A stretch of 64,000 nucleotides of DNA from the human T2T-CHM13v2.0 reference genome, Homo sapiens. The notes under the pieces are model-generated. The model was not told the DNA's origin. It was given only the letters and a program-made list of their open reading frames with translations, and ran no database searches. A program made the translations under genes and the position numbers. Position 1 is the stretch's first letter; each line of letters begins with the position of its first letter. The stretch lies in the NCBI RefSeq assembly GCF_009914755.1, contig NC_060933.1. One strand, given 5' to 3'. Positions 41,501 through 56,549 of this stretch are shown here, piece after piece.

Positions 41501-44500
41501 GGAATGGAATCAACCCGACTGCAGGGGAATGGAATGGAATGGAATGCAATGGAATGGATTCAAGTTGAATGGAATGGAAAGAATGGAATCAACACGAGTG
41601 GAATGGCATGGATTGGAATGGAATGGAATGGAATCAACCCGAGTACAGGGGAATGGAATGGAATGGAATGCAATGGAATGGAATCATCCGTAATGGAATG
41701 GAAAGGAATGGAATGGAATGGAATGGAATGGAATGGAATGGAATCAACTCGATTGCAATCGAATGGAATGGAATGGAATTAACCCGAATAGAATGCAATG
41801 GAATGGAATGGAACGGAACGGAACGGAACGGAACGGAATGGAATGGAATGGAATGGAATGGAACGGAAAGGAATGGAATGGAATGGAATGGAATGGAATG
41901 GAATGGAATGGAATCAACGCGAGTGCAGGGGAATGGAATGGAATGGAATGCAATGGAATGGAATCTTCCGGAATGGAGTGGAATGGAATGGAATGGAATG
42001 GAATGGAATGGAATGGAATAAACCCGAGTGCAATGGAATGGAGTGGAATGGAATGGAATGGAATGGAACAACCCGAATGGAATGTAATGTAATGGAGAGT
42101 AAGGGAGTTGAATAGATTCAATCCGAATGTAATGGAATGGAATGGAACGGAATGGAATTGAATGGAATGGAATGGAATGCAATGGAATAGAATCAACCCG
42201 AGTGCAATGGAATGGAGAGGAATGGAATGGAATGGAATGGAAACTACCCGAATGGAATGGAATGTAATGGAGTGTAAGGGAATTGAATACAATCAATCCG
42301 AATGTAATGGAATGGAATGGAACGGAATGGAATGGAATGGAATGGAATGGAATGGAATGGAATGGAATGCAATGGAATGGAATCAACCCGAGTGCAATCG
42401 AATGGAATGGAAAGGAATGGAATACAATGGAATGGATTCAACTTGAATGGAATGGAAAGAATGGAATCAACACGAGTGGAAGGGCATGGATTGGAATGCA
42501 ATGGAATGGAATCAACCCGAGTACAGGGGAATGGAATGGAATGGAATGCAATGGAATGGAATCATCCGTAATGGAATGGAAAGGAATGGAATGGAATGGA
42601 ATGGAATGGAATGGAACGGAACGGAATGGAATGGAATGGAATGGAATGGAATGGAATGGAATGGAATCAACGCGAGTGCAGGGGAATGGAATGGAATGGA
42701 ATGCAATGGAATGGAATCTTCCGGAATGCAATGGAATGGAATGGAATGGAATGAAATACAATGGATTCAACTCGATTGCAATGGAATGGAATAGAATGGA
42801 ATGGAATGGAATGGAATGGAATTAACCCGAATAGAATGGAATGGAATGGAACGGAATGGAACGGAATGGAATGGAATGGAATGGAATGGAATGGAATGGA
42901 ATGGAATGGAATGGTATGGAATGGAATGGAATGGTACGGAATAGAATGGAATGGAACGAATTGTAATAGAATGGAATTGAATGGAATGGAATGGAATGGA
43001 ATGGAATCAACGCGAGTGCAGGGGAATGTAATGGAACGGAATGCAATTGAATGGAATCATTCGGAATGGAATGGAATGGAATGGAATGGAATGGAATGGA
43101 ATCAACCCGAGTGCAATGGAATGGAGTGGAATGGAATGGAATGGAATGGAACAACCCGAATGGAATGGAATGTAATGGACAGTAAGGGAGTTGAATAGAA
43201 TCAATCCGAATGTAATGGAATGGAATGCAACGGAATGGAATGGAATGGAATGGAATGGAATGGAATGCAAAGGAATGGAATCAACCCGAGTGGAATGGCA
43301 TGGAAAGGAATGGAATGGAATGGAAAGGAATGGAATGAAGTCATCTCGAGTGGAATGGAATGGAATGGAATGGATTGGAATGGATTGCAATGGAATGAAA
43401 TGGAATGGAATGGAATGGAATCAATCATTCCGAGTGGAATGGAAGGGAATGTAATGGAGAGGAAAGAAGGGAATGGAATCAACCCGAGTGGAATGCAAGG
43501 CAATGGAATGGAATGGAAAGGAATGGAATGGAATCAACTTGATTGCAATGGAATGGAATGGAATGGAATGGAATGGAATGGAATGGAAGGGAATGGAATC
43601 AACACGAGTGCAGGGGAATGGAATGGAATGGAATGTAATGGAATGGAATCATCCGGAATGGAATGGAATGGAATGGAATCAACTCCATTGCAATGGAACG
43701 GAATGGAATGGAATGGAATAGAATGGAATGGAATTAACCCGCATAGAATGGAATGCAATAGAATGGAATGCAACGGAAAAGAATGGAGTGGAATGGAATG
43801 GAAAGGAATCAACCCGAATACAGGGGAATGGAATGGAATGGAATACAATTGAATGGAGTCATCCGTAATGGAATGGAAAGGAATGGAATGGAATGGAATG
43901 GAATGGAATGGAATGGAATCAACTCGATGGCAATCGAATGGAATGGAATGGAATTAACTCGAATAGAATGGAATGGAATGGAATGGAACGGAACGGAACG
44001 GAATGGAATGGAATGGAATGGAATGGAATGGAACGGAACGGAATGGAATGGAATGGAATGGAATGGAATCAACGCGAGTGCAGGGGAATGGAATGGAATG
44101 GAATGAAATGGAATGGAATCTTCCGGAATGGAATGGAATGGAATGGAATGGAATGAAAGGCAATGGATTCAACGCGATTGCAATGGAATGGAATAGAATG
44201 GAATGGAAAGGAATGGAATGGAATGGAATTGAATGGAATGGAATGCCTTCAAACCGAATGGAATGGAAAGGAATGGAATCAACACGAGTGGAAAGGAATG
44301 GAATGGAAAGGAATGGAAGGGAATGGAATGGTACGGAATAGAACGGAATGGAACGAACTGGAATGGAATGGAATGGAATGGAATGGAATGGAATGGAATC
44401 GTTCCGAGTGGAATAGGAGGGAATGTATTCGAGTGGAATGGAAAGGAATGGAATCAACCAGATTGGCATGGAAGGGAATGGAATGGAATGGTAACTAATA

Positions 44501-47500
44501 GAATGGAATCAACTCGAGTGGAATGGAATGGAAAGGACTGGAATGGAATGGAATGGAATGGAATGGAATGGAATCAACTCGATTGTGATGGAATGGAAAG
44601 GAATAGAATGGAATGGAATGGAATGGAATGGAATGGAATTATCCCGAATAAAATGGAATGGAATGGAATGGAACGGAATGGAGTGGAATGGAATGGAATC
44701 AACCCGAGTGCAGGGGAATGGAATGGAATGGAATGCAATGGAATGGAATCATCCGGAATGGAATGGAATGGAATGGAATGCAAAGCAATGGAATCAACTC
44801 GATTGCAATGGAATGGAATGGAATGGAAAGGAATATATTGGAATCAACCCGAGTGCAATGGAATGGAAAGGACTGGAATGGAGTGGAATGGAATGGAATG
44901 GAATGGAATGGAATCAACTCGATTGGAATGGAATGGAATGGAATGGAATGGAATGGAATGGAATTAACCCAAATAGAATGGAAAGGAATGGAATGGAACG
45001 GAATGGAACGGAACGGAATGGAATGGAATGGAATGGAATGGAATGGAATGGAATGTAATCAACCCGACTGCAGGGGAATGGAATGGAATGGAATGCAATG
45101 GAATGGATTCAACTTGAATGGAATGGAAAGAATGGAATCAACACGAGTGGAATGGCATGGATTGGAATGGAATGGAATGGAATGAACCCGAGTACAGGGG
45201 AATGGAATGGAATGGAATGCAATGGAATGGAATCATCCGTAATGGAATGGAAAGGAATGGAATGGAATGGAATGGAATGGAATCAACTCGATTGCAATCG
45301 AATGGATTGGAATGGAATTAACCCGAATGGAATGCAATGGAATGGAATGGAATGGAATGGAACGGAACGGAACGGAACGGAATGGAATGGAATTGAATGG
45401 AATGGAATGGAACGGAAAGGAATGGAATGGAATGGAATGGAATGGAATGGAATGGAATGGAATCAACGCGAGTGCAGGGGAATGGAATGGAATGGAATGC
45501 AATGGAATGGAATCTTCCGGAATGGAATGGAATGGAATGGAATGGAATAAACCCGAGTGCAATGGAATGGAGTGGAATGGAATGGAATGGAATGGAACAA
45601 CCCGAATGGAATGGAATGTAATGGAGAGTAAGGGAGTTGAATAGAATCAATCCAAATTTAATGGAATGGAATGGAACGGAATGGAATTGAATGGAATGGA
45701 ATGGAATGCAATGGAATGGAATCAACCCGAGTGCAATGGAATGGAGAGGAATGGAATGGAATGGAATGGAATGGAAACTACCCGAATGGAATGGAATGTA
45801 ATGGAGTGTAAGGGAATTGAATAGAATCAATCCGAATGTAATGGAATGGAATGGAACGGAACGGAATGGAATGGAATGGAATGGAATGGAATGGAATGGA
45901 ATGCAATGGAATGGAATCAACCCGAGTGCAATCGAATGGAATCGAATGGAATGGAATGCAATGGAATGGATTCAACTTGAATGGAATGGAAAGAATGGAA
46001 TCAACACGAGTGGAATGGCATGGATTGGAATGCAATGGAATGGAATCAACCCGAGTACAGGGGAATGGAATGGAATGGAATGCAATGGAATGGAATCATC
46101 CGTAATGGAATGGAAAGGAATGGAATGGAATGGAATGGAATGGAATGGAATGGAATGGAATGGAAACAACTCGATTGCAATCGAATGGAATGGAATGGAA
46201 TTAACCCGAATAGAATGGAATGGAATGGAAAGCAACGGAACGGAATGGAATGGAATGGAATGGAATGGAATGGAACGGAACGGAATGGAATGGAATGGAA
46301 TGGAATGGAATGGAATGGAATCAACGGGAGTGCAGGGGAATGGAATGGAATGGAATGCAATGGAATGGAATCTTCTGGAATGGAATGGAATGGAATAGAA
46401 TGGAATGCAATGAAATGCAATGGATTCAACTCCATTGCAAAGGAATGGAATACAATGGAATGGAATGGAATGGAATGGAATTAATCCGAATAGAATGGAA
46501 TGGAATGGAATGGAATGGAATGGAACGGAATAGAATGGAATGGAATGGAATGGAATGGAATGGTATGGAATGGAATGCAATGGTACGGAATAGAATGGAA
46601 TGGAACGAATTGTAATGGAATGGAATTGAATGGAATGGAATGGAATGGAATGGAATCAACGCGAGTGCAGGGGAATGTAATGGAACGGAATGCAATGGAA
46701 TGGAATCATCCGGAATGGAATGGAATGGAATGGAATGGAATCAACCCGAGTGCAATGGAATAGAGTGGAGTGGAATGGAATGGAATGGAACAACCCGAAA
46801 GGAGTGGAATGTAATGGAGAGTAAGGGAGTTGAATAGAATCAATCCGAATGTAATGGAATGGAATGCAACGGAATGGAATGGAATGGAATGGAATGGAAT
46901 GCAATGGAATTGAATGAACCCGAGTACAATGGAATGGAATGGAATGGAATGGAATGGAATGGAATGGAATGGAATGGAATGGAATCGTTCCGAGTGGAAT
47001 AGGAGGGAATGTATTCGAGTGGAATGCAAAGGAATGGTATCAACCAGAATGGAATGGAAGGGAATGGAATGGAATGGAAACAAATAGAATGGAATCAACC
47101 CGAGTGGAGTGGAATGGAAAGGACTGGAATGGAATGGAATGGAATGGAATCAACTCGATTGTAATGGAATGGAATGGAATGGAATGGAATGGATTGGAAT
47201 TAACCCGAATAGAATGGAATGGAATGGAATGGAACGGAATGGAGTGGAATGGAATGGAATCAACCCGAGTGCAGGGGAATGGAATGGAATGGAATGCAAT
47301 GGAATGGAATCATCCGGAATGGAATGGAATGGAATGGAATGCAAAGCAATGGAATCAACTCGATTGCAATGGAATGGAATGGAATGGAAAGGAATACATT
47401 GGAATCAACCCGAGTGGAATGGAATGGAAAGGACTGGAATGGAGTGGAATGGAATGGAATGGAATGGAATTGAATGGAATCAAATCGATTGGAATGGAAT

Positions 47501-50500
47501 GGAATGCAATGGAATGGAATTAACCCGAATAGAATGGAATGGAATGGAATGGAACGGAACAGAATGGAATGGATTGGAATGGAATGGAATGGAATGGAAT
47601 GGAATGGAATCAACCCGACTGCAGGGTAATGGAATCGAATGGAATGCAATGGAATGGATTCAACTTGAATGGAATGGAAAGAATGGAATCAACACGAGTG
47701 GAATGGCATGGATTGGAATGGAATGGAATGGAATCAACCCGAGTACAGGGGAATGGAATGGAATGGAATGCAATGGAATGGAATCATCCGTAATGGAATG
47801 GAAAGGAATGGAATGGAATGGAATAGAATGGAATGGAATCAACTCGATTGCAATCGAATGGAATGGAATGGAATTAACCCGAATAGAATGGAATGGATTG
47901 GAATGGAATGGAATGGAACGGAAAGGAATGGAATGGAACGGAATGGAATGGAATGGAATGGAATGGAATGGAATCAACGTGAGTGCTGGGAAATTGAATG
48001 GAATGGAATGCAATGGAATGGAATCTTCCGGAATGGAATGGAATGGAATGGAATGGAATAAACCCGAGTGCAATGGAATGGAGTGGAATGGAATGGAATG
48101 GAATGGAACAACCCGAATGGAATGGAATGTAATGGAGAGTAAGGGTGTTGAATAGAATCAATCCGAATGTAATGGAATGGAATGGAACGGAATGGAATTG
48201 AAAGGAATGGAATGGAATGCAATGGAATGGAATCAACCCGAGTGCAATGGAATGGAGAGGAATGGAATGGAATGGAATGGAAACTACCCGAATGGAATGG
48301 AATGTAATGGAGTGTAAGGGAATTGAATAGAATCAATCCGAAGGTAATGGAATGGAATGGAATGCAATGGAATGGAATCAACCCGAGTGCAATCGAATGG
48401 AATCGAATGGAATGGAATGCAATGGAATGGATTCAACTTGAATGGAATGGAAAGAATGGAATCAACACGAGTGGAATGGCATGGATTGGAATGGAATGGA
48501 ATGGAATCAACCCGAGTACAGGGGAATGGAATGGAATGGAATGCAATGGAATGGAATCAGCCGTAATGGAATGAAAAGGAATGGAATGGAATGGAATGGA
48601 ATGGAATGGAATGGAATGGAATGGAATCAACTCGATTGCAATCGAATGGAATGGAATGGAATTAACCCGAATAGAATGGAATGGAATCTTCCGGAACGGA
48701 ACGGAATGGAATGGAATGGAATGGAACGGAATGGAATGGAATGGAATCAACGCGAGTGCAGGGGAATGGAATGGAATGGAATGCAATGGAATGGAATCTT
48801 CCGGAAAGGAATGGAATGGAATGGAATGGAATGGAATGGAATGGAATGAAATGCAATGGATTCAACTCGATTGCAATGGAATGGAATAGAATGGAATGGA
48901 ATGGAATGGAATGGAATTAATCCGAATAGAATGGAATGGAATGGAATGGAACGGAACGGAACGGAACGGAATGGAATGGAATGGAATGGAATGGAATGGT
49001 ATGGAATGGAATGGAATGGTACGGAATAGAATGGAATGGAACGAATTGTAATGGAATGGAATGGAATGGAATGGAATGGAATAGAATGGAATCAACGCGA
49101 GTGCAGGGGAATGTAATGGAACAGAATGCAATGGAATGGAATCATCCGGAATGGAATGGAATGGAATGGAATGGAATGGAATCAACCCGAGTGCAATGGA
49201 ATGGAGTGGAATGGAATGGAATGGAATGGAACAACCCGAATGGAATGGAATGTAATGGAGAGTAAGGGAGTTGAAAAGAATCAATCCGAATGTAATGGAA
49301 TGGAATGCAACGGAATGGAATGGAATGGAATGGAATGGAATGGAATGGAATGGAATGGAATGCAATGGAATGGAATCAAGCCGAGTACAATGGAATGGAA
49401 TGGAATGGAATGGAATGGAATGGAATGGAATGAAATGGAATGATACGGAATAGAATGGAATGGAACGAAATGGAATGGAATGGAATGGAATGGAATGGAA
49501 TGGAATGGAATGGAATGGAATGGAATCGTTCCGAGTGGAATAGTAGGGAATGTATTCGAGTGGAATGGAAAGGAATGGAATCAACCAGAGTGGAATGGAA
49601 GGGAATGGAATGAAATGGAATGGAATGGAATGGAATGAAATGGAATGGAATCAACCCGAGTGCAATCGAATGGAATCGAATGGAATGGAATGCAATGGAA
49701 TGGATTCAACTTGAATGGAAAGGAAAGAATGGAATCAACACGAGTGGAATGGCATGGATTGGAATGGAATGGAATGGAATCAACCCGAGTACAGGGGAAT
49801 GGAATGGAATGGAATGCAATGGAATGGAATCATCAGTAATGGAATGGAAAGGAATGGAAAGGACTGGAATGGAATGGAATGGAATGGAATGGAATGGAAT
49901 CAACTCGATTGCAATCGAATGGAATGGAATGGAATTAACCCGAATAGAATGGAATGGAATGGAATGGAACGGAACGGAATGGAATGGAATGGAATGGAAT
50001 GGAACGGAAAGGAATGGAATGGAATGGAATGGAACGGAATGGAATGGAATGGAATCAACGCGTGTGCAGGGGAATGGAATGGAATCGAATGGAATGGAAA
50101 GGAATGGAATGGAATCAACCCGAGTGCAGGGGAACGTAATGGAACGGAATGCAATGGAATGGAATCATCCGGAATGGAATGGAATGGAATGGAATGGAAT
50201 CAACCCGAGTGCAATGGAATGGAAAGGAATGGAATGGAACAACCCGAATGGAATGGAATGTAATGGAGAGTAAGGGAGTTGAAAAGAATCAATCCGAATG
50301 GAATGGAATGGAATGGAACGGAATGGAATGGAATGGAATGGAATGGAATGGAATGGAATGCAATGGAATGGAATCAACCCGAGTACAATGGAATGGAATG
50401 GAATGGAATGGAATGGAATGGAATGGAATGGAATGCAATGGAATGGAATCTTCCGGAATGGAATGGAATGGAATGGAATGGAATGGAGTGGAATGCAATG

Positions 50501-51180
50501 GATTCAACTCGATTGCAATGTAATGGAATAGAATGGAATGGAATGGAACGGAATGGAATGGAATTAAACCGAATAGAATGGAATGGAATGGAATGGAACG
50601 GAACAGAACGGAACGGAACGGAACGGAGTGGAATGGAATGGAATGGAATTGTATGGAATGGAATGGAATGGTACGGAATAGAATGGAATGGAAAGAATTG
50701 GAATGGAATGGAATCGAATGGAATGGAATGGAATGGAATGGAATCAACCCGAGTGCAGGGGAATGTAATGGAATGGAATGCAATGGAATGGAATCATCCG
50801 GAATGGAATGGAATGGAATGGAATGGAATGGAATGGAATGGAATGGAATGGAATCAACCCGAGCGCAATGCAATGGAGTGGAATGGAATGGAATGGAACA
50901 ACCCGAATGGAATGGAATGTAATGGAGAGTAAGGGAGTTGAATAGAATCAATCCGAATGTAATGGAATGGAACGGAATGGAATGGAATGGAATGGAATGG
51001 AATGGAATGGAATGCAATGGAATGGAATCAACCCGAGTACAATGGAACGGAATGTAATGTAATGGAATGGAATGGAATGGAATGGAATGGAATGGAATGG
51101 AATGGAATCAACCCGAGTGCTATGGAATGGAGAGGAATGGAATGGAATTGAATGGAAACTACCCGAATGGAATGGAATGG

Positions 51181-51460
51181 AATGGAGTGTAAGGGAATTG
51201 AATAGAATCAATCCGAATGGAATGGAATGGAATGGAATGCAATGGAATCAACCCGAGTGCAGGGGAATGGAATGGAATGGAATGCAATGGAATGGAATCA
51301 TCCGGAATGGAATGGAATGGAATGGAGTGTTAGGGAATTGAATAGAATCAATCCGAATGGAATGGAATGGAATGGAATGCAATGGAATCAACCCGAGTGC
51401 AGGGGAATGGAATGGAATGGAATGAAATGGAATGGAATCATCCGGAATGGAATGGAATGG
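51181..51460 (+). repeat. Local tandem duplication, 140 bp x2
   Basis: GGAGTGT(A/T)AGGGAATTGAATAGAATCAATCCG...CAACCCGAGTGCAGGGG...CATCCGG repeated at a 140 bp offset; ORFs 51227 and 51367 start identically. Confidence 0.9.
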
Positions 51461-54400
51461 AATGCAATGGAATGGAATGGAATGGAATCAACCCGAGTGC
51501 AATGGAATGGAGTGAAATGGAATGGAATGGAATGGAGACAACCAGAATGGATTGGAATATAATGGAGTGTAAGGGAATTGAATAGAATCAATCTGAATGT
51601 AATGAAATGGAATGGAAAGGAATGGAATGGAATGGAATGGAATGGAATGGAATGCAATGGATTGGAATCAACCCGAGTGCAATCGAATGGAATCGAATGG
51701 AATGGAATGCAATGGAATGGATTCAACTTGAATGGAATGGAAAGAATGGAATCAACACGAGTGGAATGGCATGGATTGGAATGGAATGGAATGGAATCAA
51801 CCCGAGTATAGGGGAATGGAATGGAATGGAATGCAATGGAATGGAATCATCCGTAATGGAATGGAAAGGATTGGAATGGAATGCAATGGAATGGAATGGA
51901 ATGGAATGGAATCAACTCGATTGCAATGGAATGGAATGGAATGGAATTAACCCGAATAGAATGGAATGGAATGGAATGGAACGGAACAGAATGGAATGGA
52001 ATGGAATGGAATGGAATGGAATGGAATGGAACGGAAAGGAAGGGAATGGAATGGAATAGAATGGAATGGAATGGAATCAACGCGAGTGCAGGGGAATGGA
52101 ATGGAATGCAATGGAATGGAATCTTCCGGAATGGAATGGAATGGAATGGAATGGAATGGAATCAACCCGAGTACAGGGTAATGGAATGGAATGGAATGCA
52201 ATGGAATGGAATCATCCGTAATGGAATGGAAAGGAATGGAATGGAATGGAATGGAATGGAATGGAATGGAATGGAATCAACTCGATTGCAATCGAATGGA
52301 ATGGAATGGAATTAACCCGAATAGAATGGAATGGAATGGAATGGAACGGAACGGAACGGAATGCAATGGATTGGAATGGAATGGAATGGAATGGAATGGA
52401 ACGGAAAGGAACGGAATGGAATGGAATGGAATGGAATGGAATGGAATGGAATCAACGCGAGTGCAGGGGAATGGAATGGAATGGAATGCAATGGAATGGA
52501 ATCAACTCGATTGTAATGGAATGGAGTGGAATGGAATGGAATGGAATGGAATGGAATGGAATTGAATCAACCCGAGTGCAATGAAATGGAGTGGAATGGA
52601 ATGGAATGGAATGGAACAACCCGAATGGAATGGAATGTAATGGAGAGTAAGGGAGTTGAATAGAATCAATCCGAATGTAATGGAATGGAATGGAACGGAA
52701 TGGAATTGAATGGAATGGAATGGAATGCAATGGAATGGAATCAACCCGAGTGCAATGGAATGGAGAGGAATGGAATGGAATGGAATGGAAACTACCCGAA
52801 TGGAATGGAATGTAATGGAGTGTAAGGGAATTGAATAGAATCAATCCGAATGTAATGGAATGGAATGGAACGGAACGGAATGGAATGGAATGGAATGGAA
52901 TGGAATGGAATGGAATGCAATGGAATGGAATCAACCCGAGTACAATCGAATGGAATCGAATGGAATGGAATGCAATGGAATGGATTCAATTTGAATGGAA
53001 TGGAAAGAATGGAATCAACACGAGTGGAATGGCATGGATTGGAATGGAATGGAATGGAATCAACCCGAGTACAGGGGAATGGAATGGAATGGAATGCAAT
53101 GGAATGGAATCATCCGTAATGGAATGGAAAGGAATGGAATGGAATGGAATGGAGTGGAATGGAATGGAATGGAATCAACTCGATTGCAATCGAATGGAAT
53201 GGAATGGAATTAACCCGAATAGAATGAAATGGAATGGCATGGAACGGAATGGAATGGAATGGAATGGAATGGAATGGAATGGAATGGAAAGGAACGGAAC
53301 GGAATGGATGGAATGGAATGGAATGGAATGGAATGGAATCAACGCGAGTGCAGGGGAATGGAATGGAATGGAAGGCAATGGAATGGAATCTTCCGGAATG
53401 GAATGGAATGGAATGGAATGGAATGAAATGCAATGGATTCAACTCGATTGCAATGGAATGGAATAGAATGCAATGGAATGGAATGGAATGGAATGGAATT
53501 AACCCGAATAGAATGGAATGGAATGGAATGGAACGGAATGGAACGGAATTGAATGGAATGGAATGGAATGGAATGGTATGGAATGGAATGGAATGGTACG
53601 GAATAGAATGGAATGGAACGAATTGTAATGGAATGGAATTGAATGGAATGGAATGGAATGGAATGGAATCAACGCGAGTGCAGGGGAATGTAATGGAACG
53701 GAATGCAATGGAATGGAATCATCCGGAATGGAATGGAATGGAATGGAATGGAATGGAATAAACCCGAGTGCAATGGAATGGAGTGGAATGGAATAGAATG
53801 GAATGGAACAACCCGAATGGAATGGAATGTAATGGAGAGTAAGGGAGTTGAATAAAATCAATCCGAATGTAATGGAATGGAATGGAACGGAATGGAATTG
53901 AATGGAATGGAATGGAATGCAATGGAATGGAATCAACCCGAGTTCAATGGAATGGAGAGGAATGGAATGGAATGGAATGGAAACTACCCGAATGGAATGG
54001 AATGTAATGCAGTGTAAGGGAATTGAATAGAATCAATCCGAATGTAATGGAATGGAATGGAACGGAATGGAAAGGAATGGAATGGAATGGAACGGAATGG
54101 AATGGAATGGAATGGAATGGATTGGAATGGAATGGAATAAAATGGAATGGAATCAACCCGAGTGCAATGGAATGGAGTGGAATGGAATGGAATGGAATGG
54201 AACAACCCGAATGGAATGGAATGTAATGGAGAGTAAGGGAGTTGAATAGAATCAATCCGAATGTAATGGAATGGAATGCAACGGAATGGAATGGAATGGA
54301 ATGGAATGGAATGCAATGGAATTGAATCAACCCGAGTGCAATAGAATGGAATCGAATGGAATGGAATGCAATGGAATGGATTCAACTTGAATGGAATGGA

Positions 54401-56549
54401 AAGAATGGAATCAACACGAGTGGAATGGCATGGATTGGAATGGAATGGAATGGAATCAACCCGAGTACAGGGGAATGGAATGGAATGCAATGGAATGGAA
54501 TCATCCGTAATGGAATGGAAAGGAATGGAATGGAATGGAATGGAATTGAATGGAATGGAATGGAATGGAATGGAATCAACTCGATTGCAATCGAATGGAA
54601 TGGAATGCAATTAACCCGAATAGAATGGAATGGAATGGAATGGAATGGAACGGAACGGAATGGAATGGAATGGAACGGAATGGAACGGAACGGAACGGAA
54701 TGGAATGGAATGGAATGGAATCAACGCGAGTGCAGGGGAATGGAATGGAATGGAATGCAATGGAATGGAATCTTCCGGAATGGAATGGAATGGAATGGAA
54801 TGGAATGGAATGCAATGGAATGGAATCTTCCGGAATGGAATGGAATGGAATGGAATGGAATGAAATGCAATGGATTCAACTCGATTGCAATGGAATGGAA
54901 TAGAATGGAATGGAATGGAATGGAATGGAATTAATCCGAATAGAATGGAATGGAATGGAATGGAACGGAATGGAACGGAATGGAATGGAATGGAATGGAA
55001 TGGAATGGAATGGAATGGTATGGAATGGAATGGAATGGTACGGAATAGAATGGAATGGAACGAATTGTAATGGAATGGAATTCAATGGAATGGAATGGAA
55101 TGGAATGGAAACAACGCGAGTGCAGGGGAATGTAATGGAACGGAATGCAATGGAATGGAATCATCCGGAATGGAATGGAATGGAATGGAATGGAATGGAA
55201 TCAACCCGAGTGCAATGGAATGGAGTGGAATGGAATGGAATGGAATGGAACAACCCGAATGGAATGGAATGTAATGGAGAGTAAGGGAGTTGAATAGAAT
55301 CAATCCGAATGTAATGGAATGGAATGCAACGGAATGGAATGGAATGGAATGGAATGGAATGGAATGGAATGCAATGGAATTGAATCAACCTGAGTACAAT
55401 GGAATGGAATGGAATGGAATGGAATGGAATGGAATGGAATGGAATGGAATGGAATGATACGGAATAGAATGGAATGGAACGAAATGGAATGGAATGGAAT
55501 GGAATGGAATGGAATCGTTCCGAGTGGAATAGGAGGGAATGTATTCGAGTGGAATGGAAAGGAATGGTATCAACCAGAGTGGAATGGAAGGGAATGGAAT
55601 GGAATGGAAACTAATAGAATGGAATCAACCCGAGTGGAATGGAATGGAAAGGACTGGAATGGAATGGAATGGAATGGAATCAACTCGATTGTAATGGAAT
55701 GGAATGGAATGGAATGGAATGGAATGGAATGGAATTAACCCGAATACAATGGAATGGAATGGAATGGAACGGAATGGAGTGGAATGGAATGGAATCAACC
55801 CGAGTGCAGGGGAATGGAATGGAATGGAATGCAATGGAATGGAATCATCCGGAATGGAATGGAATGGAATGCAAAGCAATGGAATCAACTCGTTTGCAAT
55901 GGAATGGAATGGAATGGAAAGGAATACATTGGAATCAACCCGAGTGGAATGGAATGGAAAGGACTGGAATGGAGTGGAATGGAATGGAATGGAATGGAAT
56001 GGAATCAACTCGATTGTAATGGAATGGAATGGAATGGAATGGAATGGAATTAACCCGAATAGAATGGAATGGAATGGAATGGAACGGAATCAACCCGACT
56101 GCAGGGGAATGGAATGGAATGGAATGCAATGGAATGGATTCAACTTGAATGGAATGGAAAGAATGGAATCAACACGAGTGGAATTGCATGGATTGGAATG
56201 GAATGGAATGGAATCAACCCGAGTACAGGGGAATGGAATAGAATGGAATGCAATGGAATGGAATCATCCGTAATGGAATGGAAAGGAATGGAATGGAATG
56301 GAATGGAATGGAATAGAATGGAATGGAATCAACTCGATTGCAATCGAATGGAATGGAATGGAATTAACCCGAATAGAATGGAATAGAATGGAATGGAACG
56401 GAACGGAATGGAATGGAATGGAATGGAACGGAACGGAATGTAATGGAATTGAATGGAAAGGAATGGAATGGAATCAACGCGAGAGCAGGGGAATGGAATG
56501 GAATGGAATGCAATGGAATGGAATCTTCCTGAATGCAATGGAATGGAAT

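Noticed and set aside
41560-45109. ~3.55 kb spacing between similar modules suggesting DYZ1 (Yq12)
   Set aside because: It is a single instance; neighbouring spacings (~2.2 and ~2.55 kb) differ, and there is no regular 3.6 kb periodicity.
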